A DNA stretch of 43,899 nt, from NCBI GenBank assembly GCA_943704415.1, contig CALSCO010000864.1:1-43899 (forward strand), written 5' to 3'. The notes beneath the pieces are model-generated. The model searched no databases, was not told the DNA's origin, and saw only the letters and a list, made by a program, of their open reading frames with translations. Within the stretch, counting starts at the first letter, position 1. The number at the start of each line of letters is the position of its first letter. Below are positions 1-11,726 of this stretch, piece after piece. Source of the DNA: Parvularia atlantis (lineage: Eukaryota). The position numbers and the translations under genes are program-made.

Positions 1-510
1 CCGCTCGTCTACCTGCTCATCATCTCGCACGACGAGCTGCCGCAGTTCATGCCATATCTCGCGCACCGTCTGCAGCTGGCGTGGCAGCTAAGGCAGGACG
101 CCATCGCTGGCAAGCCGAAGCATCGGTCGGGTAAACGCACGCGCGACGCGGTGGAGGCAGAGGATGACGCGGTGGAGGCAGAGGATGACGCGGTGGAGGC
201 AGAGGATGACGCGGGCGAGGCGGCGGAGTCAAAGCCAGCCAAGAAACAGAAGTATGGTCTGCCCCGGGCCGCAGGAGTGGCTGCCGTCGCCTCGGCGCCG
301 AAGCCGGTCGTGACTACGTCTCCCGCCAGCAGCAAATTGAAGCGCAACATTGACTTTGAGTTTCAGATGGACGACGGCGGCGGCTCCGGTTCTTCTGCGA
401 TGTCGCCAGGGCCTGCTCAGGGTGATGATGCACGGCGCTTGTCCTTCTCAACACCCGACAAGAGAAGGCAGAGGCACAAGCGCGCCAGCAGAAAGCTGAC
501 TGTGCAGTGA
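1..510 (+). CDS. 3' end of an unknown protein-coding gene (acidic repeats, basic NLS-like tail); begins before the window
   Basis: Frame is open from base 1 (PLVYLLIISHDELPQFMPYL...) to TGA at 508-510. No recognisable domain. Confidence 0.5.
   Translation, partial: PLVYLLIISHDELPQFMPYLAHRLQLAWQLRQDAIAGKPKHRSGKRTRDAVEAEDDAVEAEDDAVEAEDDAGEAAESKPAKKQKYGLPRAAGVAAVASAPKPVVTTSPASSKLKRNIDFEFQMDDGGGSGSSAMSPGPAQGDDARRLSFSTPDKRRQRHKRASRKLTVQ
145..228 (+). repeat. 21-bp coding tandem repeat (GACGCGGTGGAGGCAGAGGAT x3 plus one degenerate copy) encoding DAVEAED
   Basis: Read directly: units at 145, 166 and 187, degenerate unit at 208. Confidence 0.9.
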
Positions 511-672
511 GAGCAGTAGGCTGTGGTCTTTCGTGTCGCTAGTCAATGTACAAGCAGCGGCAGCAGCCTGAGGTGCACGCACATGCCGTCGCGGAGCGTG
601 GACGCCTGTGCCCTGAGGGCCGCGGCTTCAGTAGTTTGACTTGAGACGCAAACCCGACTCGGATCATTCGGG

Positions 673-1550
673 ATGAACGACGAGGCTCTTGCGCTCGCGG
701 CGGGCCTGGTCGACGCGGCGTACGTGCGCCAGGGCGCGGAGAGCCTGCGAGTGCGTGCGGCGGCCGTGCGGAGCCTGCTGGCGCAGGTGCGTTGCGCAGG
801 TGCTTTTGGTTGCGCACGGACCGATGCGGGGCGCGCCCGCGACAGCGCCGGCTGCCGGTCGAGGGCTGGCGCGACGCCGACATCGAGCTGCTGCTGCACG
901 AGCTGGCGGCGATGGACAGCAACAACTTTGCCGGTGCGCGGCGTGAGCGCCGTGGCGTGGCCGACTCGGATCGCGCTGCGCTGGCGGCAGGCCACGTCGG
1001 CCTGGGCGAGCGCGAGGCGCGGATCGCATCGCGGCTGGTCGCGGCGCGGCACTACCGTCTGGGCCACGGCGTGGGCCGGTCGGGTGAGCTGGCGGCGGCG
1101 CAGCCCAAGGCGGCCGGGTCGTCGCTGCTGGCGCGGCTGGCGGCGTACTTTGTCGCCGAGGTGCTGCAGCTGGCGGGCGCGTCGCGCGCGGCGACGGCGG
1201 GCTGCGTCGTTGTGCCGCTGGCCACGGGCATGACCCTCGCGCTCGTGCTGCTGGCGCTGCGCCAGCTGCGGCCGCGTGCGACCGTCGTGCTCTGGCCGCG
1301 CATCGACCAGAAGTCGTGCCTCAAGGCCATCGTCGCGGCCGGCGCGGACGCGGTTCTGCTGAGGCGTACGGCACGCTTACCACCACACGCGCACAGGGCT
1401 CACACCCGTCGTCGTGCCCAACCGCGTCGTGGGCGATGTCGTCGGCACGGACCTCGACTGGCTCGCGCGCTACCTCGCCGAGCACGACCCGGAGACGATC
1501 GCGTGCGTGTGCACCACGACGTCGTGCTTTGCACCGCGCGTGCCCGACCG
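673..1550 (+). pseudogene. SEPSECS: O-phosphoseryl-tRNA(Sec) selenium transferase, N-terminal half only (truncated)
   Basis: Spliced over introns 787-845, 934-990 and 1342-1396, it gives MDSNNF, GEREARIAS, HGVGRSG, QPKAAGSS, ATGMTL, WPRIDQKSC and TTTSCFAPRVPDR, all SepSecS hallmarks. Homology stops at a donor at 1551 and no downstream exon (HIVNNAYG, PLP-lysine region) is visible. Confidence 0.85.
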
Positions 1551-1644
1551 GTGCGGTGGTGGCTGATTGCCTGTCTAGGCTGGCATCCGAGTCATCGCCC
1601 AATGTGATCTTCATTAGGCCTGCAGCCCCGCCATCAACACATGC

Positions 1645-3578
1645 TTACAACCCCAGCTTCTCCCAGTGCCCGGGCCAGTCTTTGGCGTGCATGCGCATGA
1701 ACTGGCGGTCGGCACGGAGGAGGTGGTCGGTCCAGTAGTGCTCGACCGAGGCGCGCGTGTCGGAGACGGGCAGGCGCAAGCGCATCTGGATCTCGTGCAT
1801 CTTGCCCTCGATCTGGCGCGACGATGGCCGGACCGACGGCGGCGGCACGCACTCGAGTACGGTCTTGAGCAGGCCCAGGTCGAGCTGGCGTGCGCCCGGC
1901 TGGACGTGCTGCGTCACGTACAGGCCCAGCGCGGCGTTGCGCAGGCAGCCCTTCATGCGCGAGAGGTAGTCGCCCTGGCGCGACTTGGCCTCGGCCTCGA
2001 GGTGGATCTTCTTGCCGATGGCGCGGATGTGCTCGACGATGACCGACTGCAGCCGCGCGAGGATGCGCCGCTCAAACGCGGCGGGACTCTCATGCGGCTG
2101 TGGGCCGGCCTTGAACGCGCTGACGACCTGCGCGTGCGTGCGTTTGTGAGCACGGGATCGCGATCGACAACGCGGGTGCAACGCACCGCCTGGTCGCGCG
2201 CGGCCACGGCCGTCGGGTTGAGCCCGGCGAGGTCGACCTCGGTCTCGTCAGCGTCGGCGTCGTCACTGTCGCGCGGGGGCGCGCCGTTGGAGGCCACGTC
2301 CGGCACGGTGTGCAAGTCGCTCGGCGCGCCGGTTGACCGTGGTTGTGCGGCGGCCTTGCCGAGGGTGCGCCGGCCGAGCTGGTGGCTGGGCACAGTGCGG
2401 CGCGGGCGCTTGTGCCGTCGGGCGCGGACGATGCCGTTGCTGCCGCTGATGCCGCTGCTCGTGCTGGTGCGCGCGCTGATGCGCCGGCCGGGCAGGTAGT
2501 TGCCGTCATCGTCGTCGTCGTTGGCGAGCAGGCCGAGATCGTCCTCGTTGACGTCGTCGTCATCATCGTCCGATGCGTCCGACGCGTTCGATGCGCTGCC
2601 GGTGTCAAAGTCCGGATCGGCGAGCGTCGAGGACCGCCGCCGCTTGCGCTCGGCCACGGCGCGCTCGCCCGCAGGCTCGTGCGGCTCGTACACTCTGAGC
2701 GAGTTGCGCCCATGCGCGCCTGATAAAGAGACGGGCTCGGGCGCGGCGCGGTTGATCTTGACCGTGGTCGGGCCGCGCTCATCCGTGATCGCAAAGCCGT
2801 CTGAGAGGCGCGGCGAGACGTCGCGCGGCGCGACGCCCTGCTGGAAGAGCTTGGCGGGCGTGAGCGTCGCGGGCGCGAGCGTCGCGGGCGTAAGGGCGGG
2901 TGCAAGTGCTGGCGTAGCGGGCGTAAAGGGCTCGCTGATCCTGATGTCAGGCACGACGTGCGATGCGCCGCCGTCGACGGTGCTACCGCGGCGTGAGCCT
3001 GCGCCGAACAGGGCAAAGCTGGGCGGCGACATGACGGGCGGGTTGCTGTTGCCGCTGTTGAACGAGAGGCTAAACGAGCCGCTGGCAAAGTCCGGCAGCG
3101 TGCCGTTGGCGCCGGCTGCGAGGCCCGTGTTGGTCAGGTCGACGCCGAGCTGCGTGTTGTCGTTGAGGTTGGCGAGCAGGCCGAACGAGAGCTTGCGCCG
3201 TGCGGCGGCGGCGCCGTGCGGCTCATGCTGCGTCAGCGGCACGCGGAACGGGTTGGCGCTGGCGTGGGCGTCGTCGTCGTCGTCTTCGCGCAGCCACAGG
3301 TCAGCCACGTCGGGCGCGTCCCAGGCGCAGCAGAGCGAGGCGGCGGGAGAGGAGGTGGCGGGGGAGGAAGCGGCGGGGGAGAGCGGCAGGCCGCGGGGCG
3401 TCGCGGCGGTGGTGGCGGCGGCGGCAGTGTCGTCCGCGAGCCGCAGGTCGGGTCGGGGCGACATACCAAGCGTGCGCGTTGTGCGCGGTGCGGCGAAGGA
3501 CTCGTAGGCGGGCGCGGTCGGCGGGTCAGCAGCGGCGTCGGCGGCGGTGGCGTCGGGGCGCGTGTGGCTCTGGCTCAT
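1645..3578 (-). CDS. Hypothetical protein: long low-complexity N-terminus with acidic and basic tracts, ~160-aa folded-looking C-terminal domain
   Basis: ORF from ATG 3578 is joined by a GT-AG intron (2186-2128, CTCAC branch point) to the 2127-1645 exon. Host-like GC3 bias. Confidence 0.7.
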
Positions 3579-3880
3579 AGGGCTGTGCGCGGGCGTTGAG
3601 CGGGCGTCCGGGCGGGCAGCGGCGACGAGGACGAAAGATTGAGTCAGCGGACACGGACGCCGAACGGCACAGGGACGGTAGTGTCACGCTTCACCCGCCA
3701 GTGTTCGCCGCGCGGCCCAGCAGCGACAAGCGGGAACGGCGCGACGCGGCGGCAGCAGCACCGGGGGCGGCGCAGCGCGCACGAAGCAGGGCAAGGCACA
3801 CGGCGCGCAGTTGCGAGCCGGCAAAAGCGGTGACGTAATCTGCGTCACGCTGACCATTCAGGCTGACAATCATGACACGC

Positions 3881-5043
3881 CTACGACGGTCTGACGGGCT
3901 CGCTTTCGGCGGGCTTGGCGGGCTCGGCGGGCGGCAGCGGCGACGGGAACTCGTCAAAGACGACGTCGTGGATCGGATGGGCGGCCGGGAAGACGGTCTG
4001 GGCGGCGCCGAGGTCCTCGGCCCAGGCGGCGCGCATGGCCGTGACGCTCACGATGTTGTTCCGGATCGCCCACGCGTCCGAGCCGGGCATGGGCGTCTGC
4101 ATGCGCGCGCGCCGTGTGAGCGATCGCCCTGGCTGCACGCGGACATGCAGAACCTCGCTGAGCATCGAGGCGTAGTCGGGCCGGAAGACGTATGCGTCCG
4201 CGTTGCCGTCGCCGTCGTCGTCCTGCGCCGGCCGCACGACGTAGAGGCTGCTGCCGCGCGCGCGGTTGAACGGCGTCGAGAGCACGCGCGGGTGCTCGGG
4301 CATGTTGGAGTGCAGCGGCACGTTGACCGTGAACAGCTCGACCTTGGCCGGCCAGCGCCGCCACAGCTCGTCGACAACGCGCAGCGCGACGCGGCAGGCC
4401 GTGTCGAGGTCGGCGGGCGTGTGCGGGCGGTCGCGCGAGTACGCGAATGACACGGCCACGGCGCGCACGCCGCACAGCGCCGCCTCGAGCGCCGCGCCGA
4501 TCGTGCCACTGGCCGTCGCAAAAATGCTGCGCGTCGTGCGTCAGTGCGACGTCGGCATGCGGCTGAGGCAGTTGCACGCACTTGCCCGTGTTGCGTCCGT
4601 AGTTGGGCCCGCTGATCGCGTGCCGCAGCGTCAGCCCAACCGCACACAGGCACGCGCATGCGCACCTGATCACGAGGTCGACAGGCGGGTCACGCAGCTC
4701 GTGGTGCAGCGCAATGTTGACGCAGCCGGCCGGCGTCGTCTCGAGCAGGGTCCACCGACCTGCGCCGGCGCTGTCGCCGTTCGCGTGCACGCGCCGCCGG
4801 ACGATGTCCTGCGTGCGGTGCGCCTTGCCGATCCAGCTCTGCTGGCGCGCGGGGAGGCACACGCTGCGCGCGACACGATCAGTGCCGATCATCCCCACAC
4901 CCATCGCCGCGACGCACGCACGCGCGCGGCCACTGCAGCTCCGTGTCAAGCACGCGCACGAACGCGGCGATGAACGGCGAATCGTCGGCGTTCGGCGGGC
5001 CGTCGTCGTTCGTGATCAGCACGCGGCGCGGCGCCCCCGCCAT
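3881..5043 (-). CDS. SurE-family 5'/3'-nucleotidase/phosphatase (eukaryotic Pby1-N type)
   Basis: MAGAPRRVLITNDDGPP, QQSWIGKAH, TPAGCVNIAL, DLVISGPNYGRN, SGTIGAALEAAL and VNVP motifs across ~4 introns. Confidence 0.88.
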
Positions 5044-5155
5044 CGCGCCCAACAGTGATCGTGCCAGTCAAGTCCACCTCTTCGCAGCGAGCAACGCAAG
5101 TGGCATGCGCTGTGTAGCAGGCCTAAACAACAAACTAATAGCAAGAGAGCGGCGC

Positions 5156-6468
5156 TCACATGCCCGCGCCGTCAATGTCGCTCTGCGGGCACACAAGTCA
5201 GCGTCCACCGCAGAGCCAAAGCACACGCACCTGCGCGCGCCCTTGAAGATGCCCGTTGAAGTGCTCGCGCGCGTCGTCGGCTTCGTCGGGGAAGATAAAC
5301 TCGGCGTTGCACCCGGCGTACGTGCAGTTCCACGGCCGCTGCGCCCGCCCGCGCGCGCGTCAGCAAAGCAGCTCACTCACGCTGCGCGCACGCACCTTGT
5401 CGCCCGACGCCGGCGCACCCGCACGCCCCGACGCGCCACGGTCCTGAGCGAGCTGCATCGCCTAAAAGCGCCGCGAACGCGCGTGAGCACAGACTGAACG
5501 CGCCAAACCAGCAGACGCACCTGCTGGCGCCGCCGGAGCGCACGCATGTGTGTGTTCATGTGCTGCTGCAGATTGTCCGCGCGGGTGAAGCTCTTGGTGC
5601 AGTTGGGGTAGTTGCACGCCCAGGGCTTGATGCCTGTGTGCTCGATCTTGTGCCGCTTGAGGTGCTCGATGCGCTTGTACTTTTTCCCGCCTGGCGCGCC
5701 GCGTTGTCAGTTGCCACGCCGCCCCCCATGCAGGCGCGCGCACAGTCGGGCTCGTCGCACACAAAGTAGCCGTTCTCCTCAATCGGCGCGACGCGCTGCG
5801 CCTTGACCAGCCGCGGCGAGCGCTTGGACGGCTTGCGCCGCGCGCGCAGCTCCTGCGGCGTGTGCACATTGCTGTGCTGATCGAGCTCGAGCGCCGTGCC
5901 GTAGGCGCGCCCGCAGCTGCGCACAGGTAATGAGCACGCGCGCACGCCGGAGCACGCAGCACGCACTGCATGCACAGGTGGTACGTCCGCTCCGGATGGT
6001 CTTTCAGATGATTGCGCAGGGCGTTGATGCGCGAGTACGGCCGCATGCACGTCGGCTCGGGGCAGATGTACATGCCCTCGTTGTCGCTCGCGCTCTCGGG
6101 GTTGGACGTGTACTCGTACTCGCCGCCCGAGCCGTGCCCGCTGCGTGCGTCGTTGTACATGCCGTCAGCGGGGCCGCCGGGCTGCTGGTACATAGGCTGC
6201 GGCTGGCCGAGCATCGTGTGCGCGTAATAGACCTCGCTGCCGCCACCGCCGGGCGCGCCAGGCATGCCCGAGGGCTGCGGCGGCATCGGCACGCCACCGG
6301 GCGGCGCGCCGTAGTAGTCGCCAGGAATCGGGCGGTAGTTGATCGCGCCCTGGAGCATGCCGCGCATGGCGTCGTACGTCGGCAGGGGCGTGCTCGCAAA
6401 CTTGGGTGCGCCGTACATGGGCTGGCCGGGGTCCGCCTGAGGCAGGTGCGACGGCTGCATCTGCATCT

Positions 6469-6499
<31 letters not shown>

Positions 6500-6864
6500 C
6501 GGTTGCTGCATGAAGCGCGGCGAGGCCATGTACTCGCCCAGCGCGGGTCGTCGCCGCTCGTTCGGGTCGAGGGGCTGGCCGTAGCCGGCGTCGAGCGCCT
6601 GCATGCTGTACGGCGCGGCGAACGGCGGGGCCTGCTGCAGCGGCTGCTGCTGCTGCTGCTGCTGCTGGGGCTGCGGCATGGGCGGCGGTTGGATCTTGCG
6701 CGAGAGCTGCGGCGAGTAGTTGATCGAGGAGACGAGAGCGGCGACCGAGGTCGGGCGGACGCTGGCGGGCACGACGATTGGGCTAGAGGACACGCTCCGG
6801 GACTGCATGATGGGCGTGTGGTGCTGCTGTTGGTAGAGCTGCTGCTGCTGCTGCTGTTGGTAGA

Positions 6865-6923
<59 letters not shown>

Positions 6924-7679
6924 AGATAGAGCTGCTGCTGGTGCGGCGAAAACTCCCCCGCGCTGCCATCGTGCTCGAGGCGCCGTCGGGCCATTGAGGG
7001 CGAGGCGTCCGGGTACAGCTGTTGAGGCTGCAGCTGGGGCTGCGGTACGGGCGGCGGCATCCCCTGCTGCTGCTGGTAGAGCTGCTGCAGAAGCATCATC
7101 TCGCGCTGCGCGACGGGCGCTGAGCCGAGTGGCGCGTTGACGGGCTCGCCGGGTGCGCTGCCGTAGCCGGGCGCCTGCATGGGCTGGCGCGGCGACTGTC
7201 GCGGCGAGGGGCGGACGGCGGGGCTGGGGCGGGGCGAGGGAAAGGCGGCGGCCGCTGCTGCCGACGCCGCTGCCGACGCTGCCGCCGACGCCGCTGCCAC
7301 CATCGCCTGGTGCTGCAGGAGCTGCTGCTGCTGCCGCGGCGAGAGCGTGCTGGTGACGCCCCCCTGCTGCTGCTGGAGCTGCTGCGCCTCCTGCCGCACG
7401 TAGTCGGACCACTGCGCGAGCTGCTCGGCCGTCATCCCGTTGGCCGCGCGCGGTGTCGGCGGCGCGGTCGCCCCGGGTGCGCCGACGGGCGGCGAGGGCT
7501 GCGGCGACATGAGCGCGAGCGACGGGCTGTGCAGCTTCCCCGCAACGGCGGCGGCCGCGAGCTGCGGGTACCCTGTGCGTCGCGCGGCTCAGCCTCCACG
7601 TGCGGGCACACGGCGGGCACACGGCCGGCGCGCACCGGCCGCCGTCAGGTGCTGCGCCACGGGCGACTGCCGCGCCACC

Positions 7680-7711
<32 letters not shown>

Positions 7712-7882
7712 GCCGCTGAACTCCTGCAGCGGGTGCGGTCTCTGCGGCGGCTGGTGCAGCAGCGGCGCGCCGTCGTGCTCCTGCTGCTGCGTCTGCTGCG
7801 TCTGCTGCGTCTGCTGCTGCTGCTGCTGCTGGGGAAGCGGCGGGTACGGCGGGTACGGCGACGTCAGCGCGTCCGTGGCCAT
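5156..7882 (-). CDS. Gln/Pro-rich C2H2 zinc-finger transcription factor (4 clear fingers plus 1 degenerate)
   Basis: Spliced fingers: CPEPTC..HLKDH, CMHC..HSNVH, CDEPDC..HKIEH, linker TGIKPW, CNYPNC..HMNTH, CTYAGC..HFNGH. Six GT-AG introns; TGA at 5158-5156. Start is uncertain (ATG 7882 chosen). Confidence 0.82.
6838..6925 (-). repeat. (CAG)n polyglutamine microsatellite in the zinc-finger gene
   Basis: Long CTG runs on the + strand; shorter tracts near 6643-6667, 7680-7710 and 7890-7912. Confidence 0.9.
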
Positions 7883-8466
7883 CGGCCGCTGCTGCTGCTG
7901 CTGCTGCTGCTGCCGCTGCTGCGCATCGCGTTGGCCGTCGCTGTCAGTCTGCTGCTGAGTCACCCCGCGGCCGCCCCCTTCGTTCTCTCCCTCGTCCACC
8001 GGCCGCGCCTCCCGCACGCCGCGCCGCACGTCAGCAGCGAGTGCCCAGACCCCGGTCCAGTGCCCGTTCGCGTCCCACGACCACGGGCGGCGCGGTCTTC
8101 TTGCCCACGGCCGACAACAAACAGCGCACGACGCGCCACACGCCGCCGCCCCGCCACCCGCCACACGACGCAGCGCAGCGCACGACGACAGCAGCAGCAG
8201 CAGCAGACGACGACGCAGCGGCGCGCGACAGGAGCAGCAGCAAAAGCAGACGCCGCGGCAGTCGCCGATGAGCCCGCCCGTGGGAAAGAATGCCATCTTC
8301 CGCCCGCCCGTACGGGCGCGATGTGCGGCACGCCGATCTGTTGTCGACGCCGTTGCCACGCGCCCGCGCGACATGCGCAGCCCGCGCCCGTGCGGGCCCG
8401 CGGTGTATACGGGCGGGTGCACGACCGCCGAGCCAAAGCGCTCACCCACGCGAGCAGGCGTGCGCA

Positions 8467-10255
8467 TTACAACCAACCAAAACAACTTCCGCCATCAGCC
8501 GCTGATGCCGGCCCGTGCCGCACGTGCACCAGCCACGCGCGCCCGCCCAGCACATCGAAGCGCCATCCGCGGCGGTGAAGCCTGAGCGCGTGCACCGCCT
8601 TGCGACGCATCGTCAGCGGCAGCGAGCGATCAGACGTCCGACGAGCGCGCACCCGCCCGTCGTGCCCGTCGTCACACGTCGCGTCGTACGTCACCGATGC
8701 CGCCGCCAGCGCCGCGCGCGACACGACCGCGAACGGCTCGTACCCGTCGACGTACGCCACCTCGTATGCCGCCCCCTCCGCCGCCAGCAGCCATCGGTAC
8801 GCGTCCGTCTGGTGCTGCGCGAGCCGGCGCGTGCGGAAGCCGAGCGGCTCGAGAGTGCCGGCCAGGAGCATCGCGCCCGCGGCCGTCTTGTTGCCCGGGT
8901 ACGCCGTCGCGTGCTGCCGCCGCGGCCGCCGTCAGTCCCCGCCCGCGGCCTACCGCACCCGCACCCGCACCCGCAGCTGGAAGGCCGGTACGACGAACGC
9001 GGCCCGCCCGAGATCACCAGGCGGCAGCGCCGCGACGATCTGCGGCTCCCGTGAGACCGCGAGCGCGCGTGCACAGAAGGGGAGCATACTGCGGCGTGCG
9101 CCCGCGGGCTGGGCCACATGTCGGCGTCGAGCACGAGCACGCGGTCGGTGGGCGCGCCCGCAACGGCGATCTGGTGGGCGCGCTGCTCAGCCATGCCGCC
9201 CGATATGCACACTGCACGCACATTGCGCAGCGCGTTGAGCGGGAATGGGCACGCGGCCGCGTTGCCAAAGGCCAGGTGCACCCACGCCGAGCTGCGCATC
9301 TTGCCGATCTGTGCAAGGCGGAGGCTCAGCGACCCTTGTCAGCTCACACACAAACGCACGTTGTCCAGCAGCACGACCAGCGCGCGCCGCGCCGCGCCCT
9401 CGTTCGGCGCGTGCAGCACGACCGACAGCGGACCGTCCCATGCCTCGCTCAGCCACGCAAACGTCTGCAGCCGGTCCAGCGACAGCACCACGCATGCCGT
9501 CACCGCGCGCTCGTCCCACGGCGCGTCCACCCTGGCCGGCACGTGCACGTCGCGCAGCGCCTGCACCGCGCACTCGTCCTCGCCCGGCCCCGTCAGCACC
9601 GCCGCAGCACCGTCGTCGCCGTCACCGTCACTCGGGGATGCACGCGCCACGTCGACGGCCGCGAGCCACACGGGCACGGCCGCGTCGTGCACCTGCAGCC
9701 GCAGCACGAGCGTCGCCGTCGCGGCCGGCAGCGCGAAGCGCGCCGTGTGCGTGCGCCACTCGCCGTCTGCGCCGCGTGAGTGATCGGACACGCGAGCGAG
9801 CACACGTACCGGGCACGACCGGGCGGCGCACGTGTGCGCTCTGCCGCCCGGCAGCGAGCCCGATCTCGACGGTCGCGGCCGCATCGCCCTCGCCGCGGCA
9901 CTGCACGGCGACCTCAAGCACCGTCCCGCGGGCCCACGTCGCATCCACCTTGATCCGGTGCAGCACAGGCGCGCTCGACCGCGACTGCGCGCACACCGCT
10001 CAGCACGGCGCGGCTTGGCAGACGGGTCCGGGCGCGCACTGTGCGACCCGGGCGCATCTCGAGCACGCCGCGCCCGTCGCTTGTCTCACGCCACACGGGA
10101 TACGGCCCGAGCGCAGACAGTAGCGGCGGCGCGTACCACCCAGCCACAACGTCGCCCAGCAGACGGCGCGCCGCGGGGCCCGGCAGCGGCGGCGCGAAGG
10201 AGCCGACGACGACGGCGAGAAGCGTGACAGCCACGACCGCACGCCATGCTGTCAT
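8467..10255 (-). CDS. GT49-family glycosyltransferase (LARGE/B4GAT1-like catalytic domain) with N-terminal signal anchor and beta-rich stem region
   Basis: Hydrophobic N-terminus (MTAWRAVVAVTLLAVVVG). GT49 motifs: LSLDRL..W.GPLSVV, FPLNALRN, DxD in VLVLDADMWP, AFVVPAF, YEPFAVV, terminal F.VL...WLVH. Several introns; exon boundaries approximate. Confidence 0.75.
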
Positions 10256-10278
10256 TTTGCGCTGCGCAGTGAGGCGGC

Positions 10279-11675
10279 ATGTCGCGCTGGGCACGCGGCG
10301 GCGTGCTCGCGCTGCTGCTGCTGCTGCTGCTGCTGGGCGCGCTGGCCGTCGCCGTGCTGCTGGCGGGCGCGTGGGGCGGCGAGCTGGCGCGGATCGACGC
10401 AGCCGTGGCCAGGGCGTCGCCGCGGCACGTAGAGGCGGCGCAAGATGCGCCGTGCGCGCCACCGTGGTGGGAGGAGGCGTACGCGCTGCCCGGGCGCGGC
10501 AACGAGACGGCGGCGGCGACGACGTGCGTGCGGCGGGCGATGCGCTGTGAGCAGTGGCGATGCGGCTGACCCGATGGCGCCGCCGCAGCGAGCCCGTCAA
10601 GAACATTGTCCTGTTCAAGACGCACAAGACCGGCTCGACCACGCTCGCCGCGCTCGTCTTCCGCTTCGGGGCGCAGCACGGCCTGCAGTTCTACCTGACG
10701 CGGCACTACCACTACATCTACCCCTTTGCCGAGCACGCCGTCCTGCCCGTCGTCAACATCTCGATCTACCACCACCGCTCCAACCAGATGTCCACGCGCG
10801 ACTACGCCCGCTGGTACCTCAAGATCGCGCCCAAGGCCGAGCTCATCACGATCCTGCGCGAGCCCTACGCCCGCGCCCTCTCTGACTTCTTCTTCTTCGT
10901 CCAGCCCGACCACCCGGGCTCGACGCTCGAGGGCTTCCTGCGCAACACGACCCACCCGCTCCGCCCGTACATGCACCTCATGACGACCGACCTCGGCATC
11001 CGGCACGAGGACCACCTCAACATGTTCTTCCAGCACTGGCACACGTACTTCTCGCACATCCTCATCACCGAGCGCTTCGACGAGGTGCGCAAGCGCGCGC
11101 ATGCACAGCAGCGCTCACCGTGCTCACGCATGCACCAGTCGCTCGTGCTCCTCAGGCGCAAGTTCCGCTGGCGCCTCGAGGACGTCGTGTACATGAAGCT
11201 GCTCGAGACGTGCAAGCAGGCCGCGCGCCAGTGGGACAAGCTCAAGGTGACCTGCCCGCAGAAGAAGGAGCATCTCGACGACGAGACGCTGCGCCTGCTC
11301 ACAGACCTGATCCAGCTCGACATCCGCCTGTACGACTTTGCCCACCGCCGGCTCGACGCGGAGTTGGCCGCGCAGCCGCCCGACTTCTGGGACGAGGTCG
11401 TGCAGTTCCGGGAGATGCAGCGGCGTCTCAACCGCATGTGCTCGCTGCCCTGGCTCACGCTGCAGCAGGCCTGCGACAAGTACGCGGCGCACTGCCGCCT
11501 GTTTTCGATGACCGACCTTGATGTGCGTCGGCACGCCGTGTGCGCGCTTTGTGCTCACGCCCGCGCGCAGTACGAGCGCGTGATCATCGACCACAAGGGC
11601 AACCTCTCCGCGCCCGACGTGCACAGGGCCATGCTCGCCGACTCGGACTGCGCCCTTGACCCTGACACGAGCTAG
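10279..11675 (+). CDS. Galactose-3-O-sulfotransferase (GAL3ST-family) type II Golgi membrane protein
   Basis: Leu-rich transmembrane anchor, NIVLFKTHKTGSTT (5'-PAPS site), ITILREP (3'-PAPS site), ILITERFDE|SLVLLR, and D.RLYDFA. About 3 introns; TAG at 11673-11675. Confidence 0.88.
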
Positions 11676-11726
11676 CGCTCGCTGCCCCGCCCCGCTGCTG
11701 CATCTCTTGTTTCATACAGGCAATCG

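Noticed and set aside
1551..1620. Continuation of SepSecS through acceptors at 1578 or 1617
   Set aside because: The resulting peptides (LASESSPNVIF..., PAAPPSTH...) show no SepSecS similarity.
7883..8485. Upstream extension of the zinc-finger ORF to 8485
   Set aside because: The translation looks like GC-rich UTR/promoter sequence and abuts the GT49 stop; not supportable as coding without transcripts.
8930..8955. In-frame TGA/TAG codons within genes as selenocysteine or recoding, given SepSecS nearby
   Set aside because: They fall inside predicted introns; TGA is usually part of the CTGAC branch point.
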